In this document: positions 19,104 to 28,075 of the stretch, in pieces
Layout: each line of letters starts with the position of its first letter
How positions within the stretch are numbered: position 1 is the first letter of the stretch
Assembly: GCA_965651265.1 (NCBI GenBank)
Contig: CBFGRV010000010.1
Span: forward strand, 14,923 to 78,922
Origin: an uncultured Rhodothermales bacterium
GTDB lineage: Bacteria; Bacteroidota; Rhodothermia; Rhodothermales; VXPQ01
Direction of reading: 5' to 3'
DNA length: 64,000 bases
Position numbers and translations under genes: made by a program
Notes under the pieces: model-generated
Seen by the model: the letters and a program-made list of their open reading frames with translations, nothing else
Databases searched by the model: none
What the model was told of the DNA's origin: nothing

Positions 19104-20354
19104 TTATTCTCCCTTGGCGCCCTTGATGCCCCGCAGGCTTCGCTCCGAGAGCAGGTTGATGTCGTAGGTGCGCACGCGGCTATTCCGATCGCGATGTCGC
19201 TTTAGAGCGAGCGCGATCATTCGATCGATGAGCCGGTCGAAAGGCACGCCGGCCGGGTCCCACAGGTAGAAGGAGAATGATCCCGGAATGGTGTTGATTT
19301 CGTTGAAGAATACCTCGCCCGTCGCCTCATCGATCATGAAGTCGATACGCGCGACGCCTCCGCATTCGAAGAGTTGAAAGACCTGGACGGCCAGCGAGCG
19401 AATGCGTTCGGCTGTCGGCTCGTCGAGGGGTGCCGGGATGATGCGGTCGAGCGAAGCCATGCCAACTGGATTATCGGCAGGCTTCTTGCTTCCCCCGCGC
19501 GCGCCCTTCGTCCCGCCGCCTCGCATGTATTTCTCCTGGAACGTGAGTAGCTCGGCGCCTTCCGTCGGTACGGGCTGCTCGAGCACGCTCGTGTGGGCCT
19601 CATTCGGATCTCCCAGCACGGCGCAGTTGATTTCCTTCAGGCGCGTGACGGCATGCTCAACGATGACCTTGTCGTCGTATCGTAGCGCGTCCTCGATGGC
19701 GCGGTCTAGCTCATCCCGATCATCGGCTTTCGCGATGCCGATGGACGAGCCGAGCCGCGCCGGCTTCACCACGACGGGGTAGCCGAGCTCCGACTCGCAA
19801 TGGTCCAGCCATTCCTCCTCGTGATGAGCCCACTCGGATTCGCGAAACGCGACGAAGTCGACGACGGGAATGCCCTGATCACGGCAGATCATCTTCGATA
19901 CGACCTTGTCCATCCCCAGGGCCGATCCTAGAATCGAGCTGCCCGTGTAGGGCACGTTGAAAGTCTCGCAGAGTCCCTGAAGTCCGCCATCCTCCCCCGA
20001 TCCGCCGTGTAGCCCCAGAAGGGCGACGTCGATCTTGAACTCTCGGGGCTTTCCTGAAAAGATGCCCCCGCCCCTGTTCTCGATGAGCAGCAGCGACCCG
20101 AACGTGCCGGCATCGACGCGCACCGGCACGGCTCGCCGCCGCATGGCATCCAGGTCCTGATACGCATCCAAATCCCGCAGAATCTCGCCGGTAAACCATC
20201 GGCCATCCTTTCCGATGTAGACAGGGACGACGTCGTAGCGGGCGGCGTCCATGGCCGCCATCGCCTGCATGGAAGAGATGACGGACACCTCGTGCTCGGG
20301 AGATACCCCTCCGAAGAAAACGCCCACGCTGAGTTTGCCCGGAGCGGCTTCCAT
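19104..20354 (-). CDS. ddl: D-alanine--D-alanine ligase family ATP-grasp enzyme (long form)
   Basis: VGVFFGGVSPEHEVSVIS N-terminus, GLHGGSGEDGGLQG, and the ATP-grasp C-terminus EINTIPG. 416 aa, with a Gly/Lys-rich insert. Confidence 0.85.
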   Translation of the reverse strand: MEAAPGKLSVGVFFGGVSPEHEVSVISSMQAMAAMDAARYDVVPVYIGKDGRWFTGEILRDLDAYQDLDAMRRRAVPVRVDAGTFGSLLLIENRGGGIFSGKPREFKIDVALLGLHGGSGEDGGLQGLCETFNVPYTGSSILGSALGMDKVVSKMICRDQGIPVVDFVAFRESEWAHHEEEWLDHCESELGYPVVVKPARLGSSIGIAKADDRDELDRAIEDALRYDDKVIVEHAVTRLKEINCAVLGDPNEAHTSVLEQPVPTEGAELLTFQEKYMRGGGTKGARGGSKKPADNPVGMASLDRIIPAPLDEPTAERIRSLAVQVFQLFECGGVARIDFMIDEATGEVFFNEINTIPGSFSFYLWDPAGVPFDRLIDRMIALALKRHRDRNSRVRTYDINLLSERSLRGIKGAKGE

Positions 20355-20360
20355 GACGGT

Positions 20361-21650
20361 CTACGCCTCGTCGACGGCGATGAAGCGACCCCTGTTGTAG
20401 ATGGCCCATGCGCGACCGACCATCTCGTGACCAACGAACGGAGTGTTCCGGCTCTTCGATCGGATGTGCCGGTCCTCGAAGGTCCATCTCGTCGATGCAT
20501 CGAAGACCGTCAGGTTGGCCGGCGCGCCCGTCTCGACGCGGGGGATGGGCAGACGCAAGATGCGCCGCGGCTCGATGGTGATCTTCCGAACGGCTTCGGC
20601 GACGGACAGGATGCCGGGTTGAATCAGTTCGCGCCCGGTGAGCCCCCAGGCCGTCTCGAGGCCGAGAATCCCAAAGGGGGCCGCAATGAATTCGACCTCT
20701 TTCTCGAAAGTGGCGTGCGGCGCATGATCGGTGCAAATGGCATCGATGGTGCCATCGCGCAAACCCTCCTTGAGGGCCTCGACGTCGTGAGCCTCGCGCA
20801 GCGGAGGATGCATCTTCGTGTGCGTGTCGAAGCCGAATTCCGCGACCGCCTCGTGCGTCAGAGCGAAGTGGTGCGGGCACACTTCGGCCGTCACGCGGAT
20901 CCCGCGATCCTTCGCGCGCCGAACCAGATCCACGGCGGCGGCCGTGGAGATGTGTGCGACATGAACGGACCCGCCCGTATACTCGGCGAGAAGGATGTCT
21001 CGCGCGATCATCACCTCCTCGGCCAGGGCCGGAATGCCCGGCACACCCAGCCGTGTGGACACTTCGCCCTCATGCATGTGCCCACCCTGATTGAGGGTGA
21101 GATCCTCCATGTGGTTGATGATGGCGCGGTCGAGTGTAGAGCTGTACTCGAGGGCACGACGCATGAGACCCGCATTCTGCACCGGTGCTCCGTCGTCGCT
21201 GAACGCCACGGCACCGCCCTCCACGAGGTCGGCCATCTCCGTCAGCTCCTTGCCCGCCCGATGCTTGGAGACGCAGGCGATCGGATGCACATCGACGGCC
21301 GTCGCCTCTGCGCGCTCGATGATGAACTCGACGACATCGCGCGTGTGGATCGGGGGCTCGGTGTTGGGCATGCAGGCCACGGCCGTGAATCCTCCGAAGG
21401 CGGCCGCGCGCGCACCCGTCTCGATGGTCTCCTTGTACTCGAACCCCGGCTCCCGGAAATGCACGTGCATGTCCATCCACCCGGGCGAGATCAGCCGGCC
21501 TGAACAATCGAACTCCGGCACGCCATCCCCGTCGAGATCGGCGTCGATCGCGTCGATCGTTCCGTTTCGGATCAGGACATCCGCGTCTCGTTCAGTTCCG
21601 GTCTCCGGGTCAATCAGGCGGCCTCCACGGAGCAGGAGATCGGGCGTCAT
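20361..21650 (-). CDS. pyrC: Dihydroorotase
   Basis: DMHVHFREPG metal motif, and CTDHAPH. Confidence 0.9.
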   Translation of the reverse strand: MTPDLLLRGGRLIDPETGTERDADVLIRNGTIDAIDADLDGDGVPEFDCSGRLISPGWMDMHVHFREPGFEYKETIETGARAAAFGGFTAVACMPNTEPPIHTRDVVEFIIERAEATAVDVHPIACVSKHRAGKELTEMADLVEGGAVAFSDDGAPVQNAGLMRRALEYSSTLDRAIINHMEDLTLNQGGHMHEGEVSTRLGVPGIPALAEEVMIARDILLAEYTGGSVHVAHISTAAAVDLVRRAKDRGIRVTAEVCPHHFALTHEAVAEFGFDTHTKMHPPLREAHDVEALKEGLRDGTIDAICTDHAPHATFEKEVEFIAAPFGILGLETAWGLTGRELIQPGILSVAEAVRKITIEPRRILRLPIPRVETGAPANLTVFDASTRWTFEDRHIRSKSRNTPFVGHEMVGRAWAIYNRGRFIAVDEA

Positions 21651-21668
21651 GCGCAGATGTCGTTCAGA

Positions 21669-24065
21669 CTAGAGGTTTTCGACTAGGTAGTTGGTCGCCA
21701 GCGTGAACAGGTGGAGTCGCGTGTTGCCCCCCGCAATGCCGTGATCGTGGCCCGGATAGATCATCATGTCGAACTGCTTGTTCGCGCGCTGCAGAGCCTC
21801 GATCATCTGCACGGCATTCTGAAAATGCACGTTGTCGTCCAGGTCACCGTGTATGATCAGAAGATTTTGATCGTCTCGCAAACGATCTGCGTAGGTGATG
21901 GGCGATCCGCGCCGGTAGCCGTCAGCGTTCTTATGTGGGGTAGACATGTACCGCTCCGTGTAGATGGTATCGTACTGCCTCCAATCCGTCACCGGCGCGA
22001 CCGAAATGCCTACTTCGAAGACAGCCGGGCCGTCCCCGCTCAACATCGACATCAGCGTCATGAACCCGCCGTAGCTCCAGCCCCAGATCGCCGTGCGATC
22101 CTCATCCACATACGGCAACTCGCTGAGGTGCCTGGCCGCCGCGATCTGATCTTGTGCCTCGAGCACGCCGAGTTGACGATAGGTGGCCCCCTTGAAGTCC
22201 CTGCTTCGGCCGCCCGTCCCGCGATTGTCGACGCTGGCTACCAGGATTCCGTGCTGCTCCGCGAGATAGGCGTGCCACAGATAGCGGCTTCCCCCCCATG
22301 CGTTCTGCACCGTCTGCGAGCCCGGACCACCATAGACGTACATCAGTAGCGGGTATTCCTGCGCCGGATCGAAATTCGTCGGTTTGATGACGTACGCATT
22401 CAGCATCTCACCATCGGCACCGGGTACCTGCATGAATTCCGGATAGGGCAGATCGTACTCCTCGAGGCGCGCGATGAGGTCTGCGTTGTCCTCGAGCATC
22501 TGAATGAGCGTGCCATCGGCGCGATGAAGTGAGGTCACCAGCGGCGTTCTCGCGTCGGAGTAGCGGTCAATGTAGTAGCGCAGATCGCGCGACATCGAAA
22601 TGCTGTGCCAGCCCGAACGGTCCGTAATCTGCACGGGCTCTTGCGGCGAGACGGCATCGTTTCCGGCCGCCGGCCCCGCCTGAGCACCACCACCAACGGC
22701 CCCCTCGACAGCCGGGCGCCCGCGCATAGGACCGTCTGAGGGCCTGTTCGGATCGAACGGCGTCCAGTACAGGTGCCGCTCCATCGGCGAAGCGGCCGTG
22801 GCCGTGAAGTACAGGGCGTTTCGGTCCGTGTCGATGCCGTGGAAGCTCGTCACGTTCCAGCTTCCGTCCGTGAGCCGGCGAACGAACGTGCCGTCGTTCT
22901 GGTGGAGATACAGGTGCCGATAACCGTCCCGCTCACTGAGCCAGACGAAGTGGCGTCCATCCTCCAGAAACGTGACCGTCCCCCCGGACAGGTCCCCGAA
23001 GCTGGTCTCGACGTCGAGCCACGTATCGCTCTGATCTTCGAGGATCACGTCGACACTCATGTCCGACGGATCGCCGTAGAGCATGTCCAGGTCGTTCTGA
23101 TCCCGGTTCAAGCGGAACATCCACACATGCGAGCGCCCGTCTATCGGCGGCGTCCATCCGAACTGGGGGATGTATTCCAACGAATCGCCGCCGGCATTCC
23201 ACGTCCCCGTGTCGAAGAAGCGGTTCGTTCCGTCGACGACATCGACGACACCGACGTGAATCTCGCTATTGGCCTCGCCGGCCTTCGGATACCTGAATCG
23301 GATCTCCTCCGGATACTGGTCGCGCAGATCCGTCATCACGAATTCGCGGGTGTTCGATTCATCGAGCTGGACGTAGGCGATGTATCGCCCATCGGGGCTC
23401 CACGCCCATCCATCCCGCAATCCGAACTCCTCCTCATAAACCCAATCCGTGGTGCCGTTTATGATGCGACCCTCAGATCCATCGAACGTGAACTGCGTCT
23501 CCTCGCCATCCTCCAGATCGACCATGAAAAGGTTGCGGTCCCGAACGAAGCCAACGCGGCGACCATCGGGGCTAAACTTCGCGAACATCTGAAAGCCCGC
23601 CTCCCGGCTGCTGATTGGCGTCAGCTGCTCCGACTCGATGTCGTAGACGTAGTAAAACCCTTTCGTATTGAGACGCCAGACCCTCTCCGAGTCCGTGTAG
23701 ATCAATACGCGCGAGCCATCCGCACTGTATTCGTAGTCCTCGATGCGAATCAACCGGCCGACGTCCGGCGCCTGCAGCGTCCTGCCGTCGATGAGTCGCT
23801 CCCGATCCCCGGTCTCGAGATTGTATCGAATGAGGTGCGTCGCGCCGGCTGACGGATCGGCCTCCACGTACATGATGACGGGTCCTTCGGCGGCCCATCT
23901 CCCTCCCTGAAATCGCTGTGGATTGAACTCGACGCTAGCGTGAATGGCTTCGAGCGTGAGCTCCCGCGTCGCCGTCTCCTGCGCGGCGGCATCGGCGAGG
24001 GTGACCAACAACAAGAGTCCGGCTAGAGCGGACCGCAGAAAGAGTGGTTTGGGCATGATGAACAT
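21669..24065 (-). CDS. Dipeptidyl-peptidase IV (S9B prolyl oligopeptidase family)
   Basis: N-terminal beta-propeller region and a C-terminal catalytic GWSYGG nucleophile motif with a downstream HG..D.NVH. A signal peptide follows the ATG at 24065 or 24056. The track's start at 24098 is less likely. Confidence 0.9.
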   Translation of the reverse strand: MFIMPKPLFLRSALAGLLLLVTLADAAAQETATRELTLEAIHASVEFNPQRFQGGRWAAEGPVIMYVEADPSAGATHLIRYNLETGDRERLIDGRTLQAPDVGRLIRIEDYEYSADGSRVLIYTDSERVWRLNTKGFYYVYDIESEQLTPISSREAGFQMFAKFSPDGRRVGFVRDRNLFMVDLEDGEETQFTFDGSEGRIINGTTDWVYEEEFGLRDGWAWSPDGRYIAYVQLDESNTREFVMTDLRDQYPEEIRFRYPKAGEANSEIHVGVVDVVDGTNRFFDTGTWNAGGDSLEYIPQFGWTPPIDGRSHVWMFRLNRDQNDLDMLYGDPSDMSVDVILEDQSDTWLDVETSFGDLSGGTVTFLEDGRHFVWLSERDGYRHLYLHQNDGTFVRRLTDGSWNVTSFHGIDTDRNALYFTATAASPMERHLYWTPFDPNRPSDGPMRGRPAVEGAVGGGAQAGPAAGNDAVSPQEPVQITDRSGWHSISMSRDLRYYIDRYSDARTPLVTSLHRADGTLIQMLEDNADLIARLEEYDLPYPEFMQVPGADGEMLNAYVIKPTNFDPAQEYPLLMYVYGGPGSQTVQNAWGGSRYLWHAYLAEQHGILVASVDNRGTGGRSRDFKGATYRQLGVLEAQDQIAAARHLSELPYVDEDRTAIWGWSYGGFMTLMSMLSGDGPAVFEVGISVAPVTDWRQYDTIYTERYMSTPHKNADGYRRGSPITYADRLRDDQNLLIIHGDLDDNVHFQNAVQMIEALQRANKQFDMMIYPGHDHGIAGGNTRLHLFTLATNYLVENL

Positions 24066-24318
24066 ATCGTGGGACGTGGAAATCCGATGCCGCGACACCA
24101 GCCTCTGATGGGCTCAGTTCGAGACTGTAGGCCAGCATACGAAACGGCGCTGATTGTAACGAGGACCGATTCAAAGGTTTCGGTAGGATGGAGTCGCGAA
24201 CCGAAGCCGCCAATGGAGAGTTAGCGCCCGCGCTCGCCCCGGGGCTGGATACCGTATAGCGGCGACGAACCCGAGCGAGCAACGCGCACTGCACGATCGT
24301 CCACGTCTTGATTCATTC

Positions 24319-25449
24319 GTGACGCCTCCCTCCCATCCTGTTGAAAATAACGACCTGGCGTTGACGGTGGCCGAGATCGATCACTCGGCGCTGCTGCAAA
24401 ACCTCGACGTTTTTCGCGCGAAGGGCGCTGAGGTCATGGCCGTCGTGAAGGCAGATGCCTACGGGCACGGCGCCGTGCTCGTGGCGGAAACGCTGCGCGA
24501 TGCCGGCATCCGCCATTTCGCCGTCGCCACGTTGCCTGAAGCCATCGAGCTGCGAAAAGCCGGAATCACCGGGCGCATCCTGGTTTTCGCTGCCCCGCTG
24601 CCGGAGCACATCGCGGCATACACCCGGCATGATCTGGATCTGACCATATCCTCCGGCGCCGTTGCCGAGCGGGTCCGTGAGGAGGTGAGTGGTAGCCGGC
24701 TCCGCGTGCACGTCAAGATCGACACAGGCATGGGCCGCATAGGCATCCGACCTGACGAAGCAGAGCGGATCGTACGGGATCTGGATCGCGACCCGAATGT
24801 CGAGATCGCCGGCATATGGACACACTTTGCGAGCGCCGACGAACCCGACCTCGACTTCACCCACCAACAACTCGAACGTTTCCTGGCCGTCGTAGATCGT
24901 GTCGGCACAGCCGCCGAGTCCGTGCACGCCGCGAATAGCCCCGCCGCCCTACGCGTGCCCGAGAGCTACGCCTTCGACAGATCCCTCATCCGCATTGGAA
25001 TCGGGCTATACGGATACACAGACCTGAAAGGCCTTGCGCAGGAAGCCGGTTTGCAGCCGGTGATGCGCGTTACGTCTCATGTAACCCACACAAAGTGGGT
25101 CGAACCTGGTACCACCGTTTCCTACGGCCGTCACTGGCATGCATCCAGGCGTACACGCATCGCCACCGTCGGTGCAGGATATGCCGACGGATATCCGCGC
25201 AATGCATCAGATCGAGCCGCCGTGAACATCGGCGGGCAGCGCCATCCCGTGATCGGCACCGTCTGCATGGACATGTTCATGGTGGATGTCGGGGAACGGA
25301 CCGACATAGCCGAAGGAGACGAAGTCATCCTCTTTGGTCCGGAGGGGCCCGACGCATTCGAGTTGGCCACCATCTGCGAAACCATCCCCTATGAAGTGCT
25401 TACTCGGGTCGCACGTCGAGTGCGGCGTGTTCATCGTTACAAGAAATAG
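24319..25449 (+). CDS. alr: Alanine racemase
   Basis: PLP-lysine motif AVVKADAYGHG and the C-terminal VSYG...GYADGYPR block. GTG start. Confidence 0.9.
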   Translation: MTPPSHPVENNDLALTVAEIDHSALLQNLDVFRAKGAEVMAVVKADAYGHGAVLVAETLRDAGIRHFAVATLPEAIELRKAGITGRILVFAAPLPEHIAAYTRHDLDLTISSGAVAERVREEVSGSRLRVHVKIDTGMGRIGIRPDEAERIVRDLDRDPNVEIAGIWTHFASADEPDLDFTHQQLERFLAVVDRVGTAAESVHAANSPAALRVPESYAFDRSLIRIGIGLYGYTDLKGLAQEAGLQPVMRVTSHVTHTKWVEPGTTVSYGRHWHASRRTRIATVGAGYADGYPRNASDRAAVNIGGQRHPVIGTVCMDMFMVDVGERTDIAEGDEVILFGPEGPDAFELATICETIPYEVLTRVARRVRRVHRYKK

Positions 25450-25581
25450 GAGAATTGCGTTGGAATGTAACGGTGTTTGCCGCTCTGGGTGCAAAATCAA
25501 GCTTTAACTGAATCAGTGACGCAGTTATATTCGATGATCTTCAAACCGAGCAATACCACGTCCGACACAGCAATCGATAAC

Positions 25582-26292
25582 ATGGCCACACCAGCAGATC
25601 CGTCAAGCGTCAAAGTTCTAGTGGTGGATGACGAGGAAGACGTGGTAGAGGTCGTAAGTCACTTCCTCGAGCAAGAGGGATATCAGGTCGACAAGGCTTA
25701 TGACGGGGAGGAAGCCCTTCAAAAGGCGAATCAGGAGACCGACATCATCATCCTCGACATTATGCTTCCGGGTCTGGATGGATACGAGGTCTGCAAGCGG
25801 CTCCGCTCCCGCGTCGAGACCGAATTGATACCCATCATTTTTCTGAGTGCCAAGACCGAGGAGGAAGACCAGGTCAAGGGCTTGATGATGGGCGCGGACG
25901 ACTACCTCACGAAGCCTGTCTCGCCGCAGGTGATCGTGGCGCACGTGAAGGCCGTCCTCCGGCGTGCGGGCCTCGAGGAAAGCAAGACCATTCAGGTGAA
26001 CAACCTGACGATTTACGAAGACGAATACAGGGCCGTGCTGGACGACAAGGATCTGGGTCTCACCCTGACGGAGTTCGAGCTCCTGCGCTATCTGGTGCGC
26101 CATCCGCGCAAAGCCTTCACGCGCCAGCAGCTTCTCGAAACCATCTGGCAGGATGCCATGATGGTTACCGAGCGGACCGTCGATGCGCACATCAAGAATC
26201 TGCGCGAGAAGCTCGGAGATTTCGCCCGTCACATCCAGACGGTGCGAGGCGTGGGCTACCGATTCGTCGAGGACGCCACGGGCGAGCAGTAG
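25582..26292 (+). CDS. OmpR-family response regulator
   Basis: Receiver domain (VLVVDDEED, DIIILDIMLPGLDG, KP) plus a winged-helix output domain (TVRGVGYRF). Start is ATG 25582; alternatives are 25534 and 25477. Confidence 0.85.
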   Translation: MATPADPSSVKVLVVDDEEDVVEVVSHFLEQEGYQVDKAYDGEEALQKANQETDIIILDIMLPGLDGYEVCKRLRSRVETELIPIIFLSAKTEEEDQVKGLMMGADDYLTKPVSPQVIVAHVKAVLRRAGLEESKTIQVNNLTIYEDEYRAVLDDKDLGLTLTEFELLRYLVRHPRKAFTRQQLLETIWQDAMMVTERTVDAHIKNLREKLGDFARHIQTVRGVGYRFVEDATGEQ

Positions 26293-26346
26293 CCGGCGCG
26301 TTCGCCGGCGCTAAAGATGCTTCGGGCGAGGTAGAGCGGATCACTG

Positions 26347-27801
26347 ATGCGCTGGCAAAAGCGACTATACGAATGGATCATCCCGAAGAGGGCTTCGACG
26401 CAAACGTGGATGATTCTCACGTTCGCCCTCTTCGTGGGCCTTGCTGTGCTGGCTGTCGGGATCTACGTGGCTTTCGTCCTGCGCGTCGAGACGCGCGAGG
26501 CCACGCGGCAGATGCTTCTCGACCAGGCGGAGCGCATCGCCATCCAGATCGAGCACGCCGACGAACCGGCCGAGCGTACCGACGTGGCCCTCGCCATCAC
26601 CCGGCTAACGGATCTGCGCATCACGATTGTCCGCGATGGGCGCGTGATTCTGGATGTTCAGGATGAGCGCACCGTCGACGGCGTTTCCGTGCTCGAGCAG
26701 CCGGAGATGCAGATCGCCCCTGGAGAGGTGGGGTACGCGAGCCGCCGAAATGCGGCCGGGCAGCACATCATGTATGTTGCGGTGCATCGCCCGGAGTCCG
26801 GGCTGCTGATCCGTGTCGGGCAGCCCGAGCCCCCGCTCGTTGCCCTGTTGGAGCGGACGCTGGTGGCTTTGATCGCCGGTATGGTGATGGCGCTTCTGCT
26901 TGCGATCCTTGGCAGCTGGGTGGCGGCCCACCAGGTGACTACACCGCTTCAGGCCATACGGAACTCGGCCCGGCGCATTGCGGAGGGCGATTTCGACCAG
27001 AAGATCAAGGTCGATTCGCGCGCCGCCGAGTTTCAGGAGCTGGCGATGAGTCTGAACAGGATGTCGGACAGCTTCCGCCGCCAGATCAGCGAGCTCCAGA
27101 GGCTGACCCAGCTACAGAACGAATTCATCGGCAATGTCGGCCATGAAGTTCGCAATCCCATCTTCGCGGTGAGCGGATACCTGGAAGCGCTCGGTAGCGC
27201 GACGCTTCAGCCCGAGATGCGTAAACGTTACGCCGAGAAGGGCCTCACCAATCTGCACCGGCTGCAGAACCTGTTCAACGATCTGATCGAAATTGCGCGT
27301 CTCGAATATCGCGAGGATCTGATCAAGCCATCCACCTTCGATCTCCAGGAGCTCCTCGACGAGGTCGCCGACATGCTGCGGCCGAAGGCGACACAGAAGC
27401 GCCTGGCCCTCGAGACTTCGAATCAGCACCTCTTCGTGGAGGCCGATCGAAATCGCATTCGGCAGGTCCTTACCAATCTCATCGACAACGCGATCGCGTA
27501 TACGGATGAGGGCACGATTCGGTGCCGCTTCAGGCGTCGCCTCGACAAGGTTCGTGTGGAGGTCGTCGATACCGGCCGCGGCATACCGGAGGAACACCTC
27601 GATCGCATCTTCGAGCGATTCTACAGGGTCGACCCGGACCGCTCGCGGCGTAGTGGGGGGACAGGCCTGGGATTGAGCATCGTGCACCAGATTCTGCATG
27701 CACACGGCGAGCAGATCCACGTCGAGAGCACTGTAGGCCGCGGCACCCGCTTCTGGTTCGAGCTGCCTTATGCCGAGATCGAGGAAACCGAGGTCGTTTG
27801 A
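26347..27801 (+). CDS. Sensor histidine kinase (HAMP + HisKA + HATPase_c)
   Basis: Two TM segments. H-box GNVGHEVRNP, N-box NLIDNAI, and G-boxes DTGRGI and GGTGLGLSI. Confidence 0.85.
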   Translation: MRWQKRLYEWIIPKRASTQTWMILTFALFVGLAVLAVGIYVAFVLRVETREATRQMLLDQAERIAIQIEHADEPAERTDVALAITRLTDLRITIVRDGRVILDVQDERTVDGVSVLEQPEMQIAPGEVGYASRRNAAGQHIMYVAVHRPESGLLIRVGQPEPPLVALLERTLVALIAGMVMALLLAILGSWVAAHQVTTPLQAIRNSARRIAEGDFDQKIKVDSRAAEFQELAMSLNRMSDSFRRQISELQRLTQLQNEFIGNVGHEVRNPIFAVSGYLEALGSATLQPEMRKRYAEKGLTNLHRLQNLFNDLIEIARLEYREDLIKPSTFDLQELLDEVADMLRPKATQKRLALETSNQHLFVEADRNRIRQVLTNLIDNAIAYTDEGTIRCRFRRRLDKVRVEVVDTGRGIPEEHLDRIFERFYRVDPDRSRRSGGTGLGLSIVHQILHAHGEQIHVESTVGRGTRFWFELPYAEIEETEVV

Positions 27802-27820
27802 CAGGCGGCGGCGCGCTCGC

Positions 27821-27919
27821 GTCGTGCGTCTGACTGGCCTCTGCCCTTTTCGTGTCGTGCGACGGACTCGCCTCCGCAGTTGTCATGTCGTGCGTCTGAC
27901 TCGCCTCTGCCCTTTTTAG
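27821..27919. repeat. Tandem repeat, 3 x 33 bp
   Basis: Units at 27821, 27854 and 27887, consensus GTCGTGCGTCTGACTSGCCTCTGCCCTTTT. The outer units are nearly identical and the middle unit has diverged. Lies between the kinase stop and the E1 gene start. Confidence 0.9.
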
Positions 27920-28075
27920 GCGGCCGTGGAGCAAGGAACGTCAGGCATGGCCTGAACATTCAATCGTCGGGGCTTTCGCGAGGGATTGGTCTGCGCCTCG
28001 GGGCTCCTCATCCGCCGTCCGGAACGCGTCCGACGGTAAACCCCGCCGTACTTGCAGAAGACGTGCAACGACTCT

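Noticed and set aside
27530-27959. Minus-strand ORFs with 11-aa periodic peptides (KRAEASQTHD...).
   Set aside because: The periodicity is just the 33-bp DNA repeat being translated. The ORFs are antisense to the kinase 3' end and have no other coding evidence.
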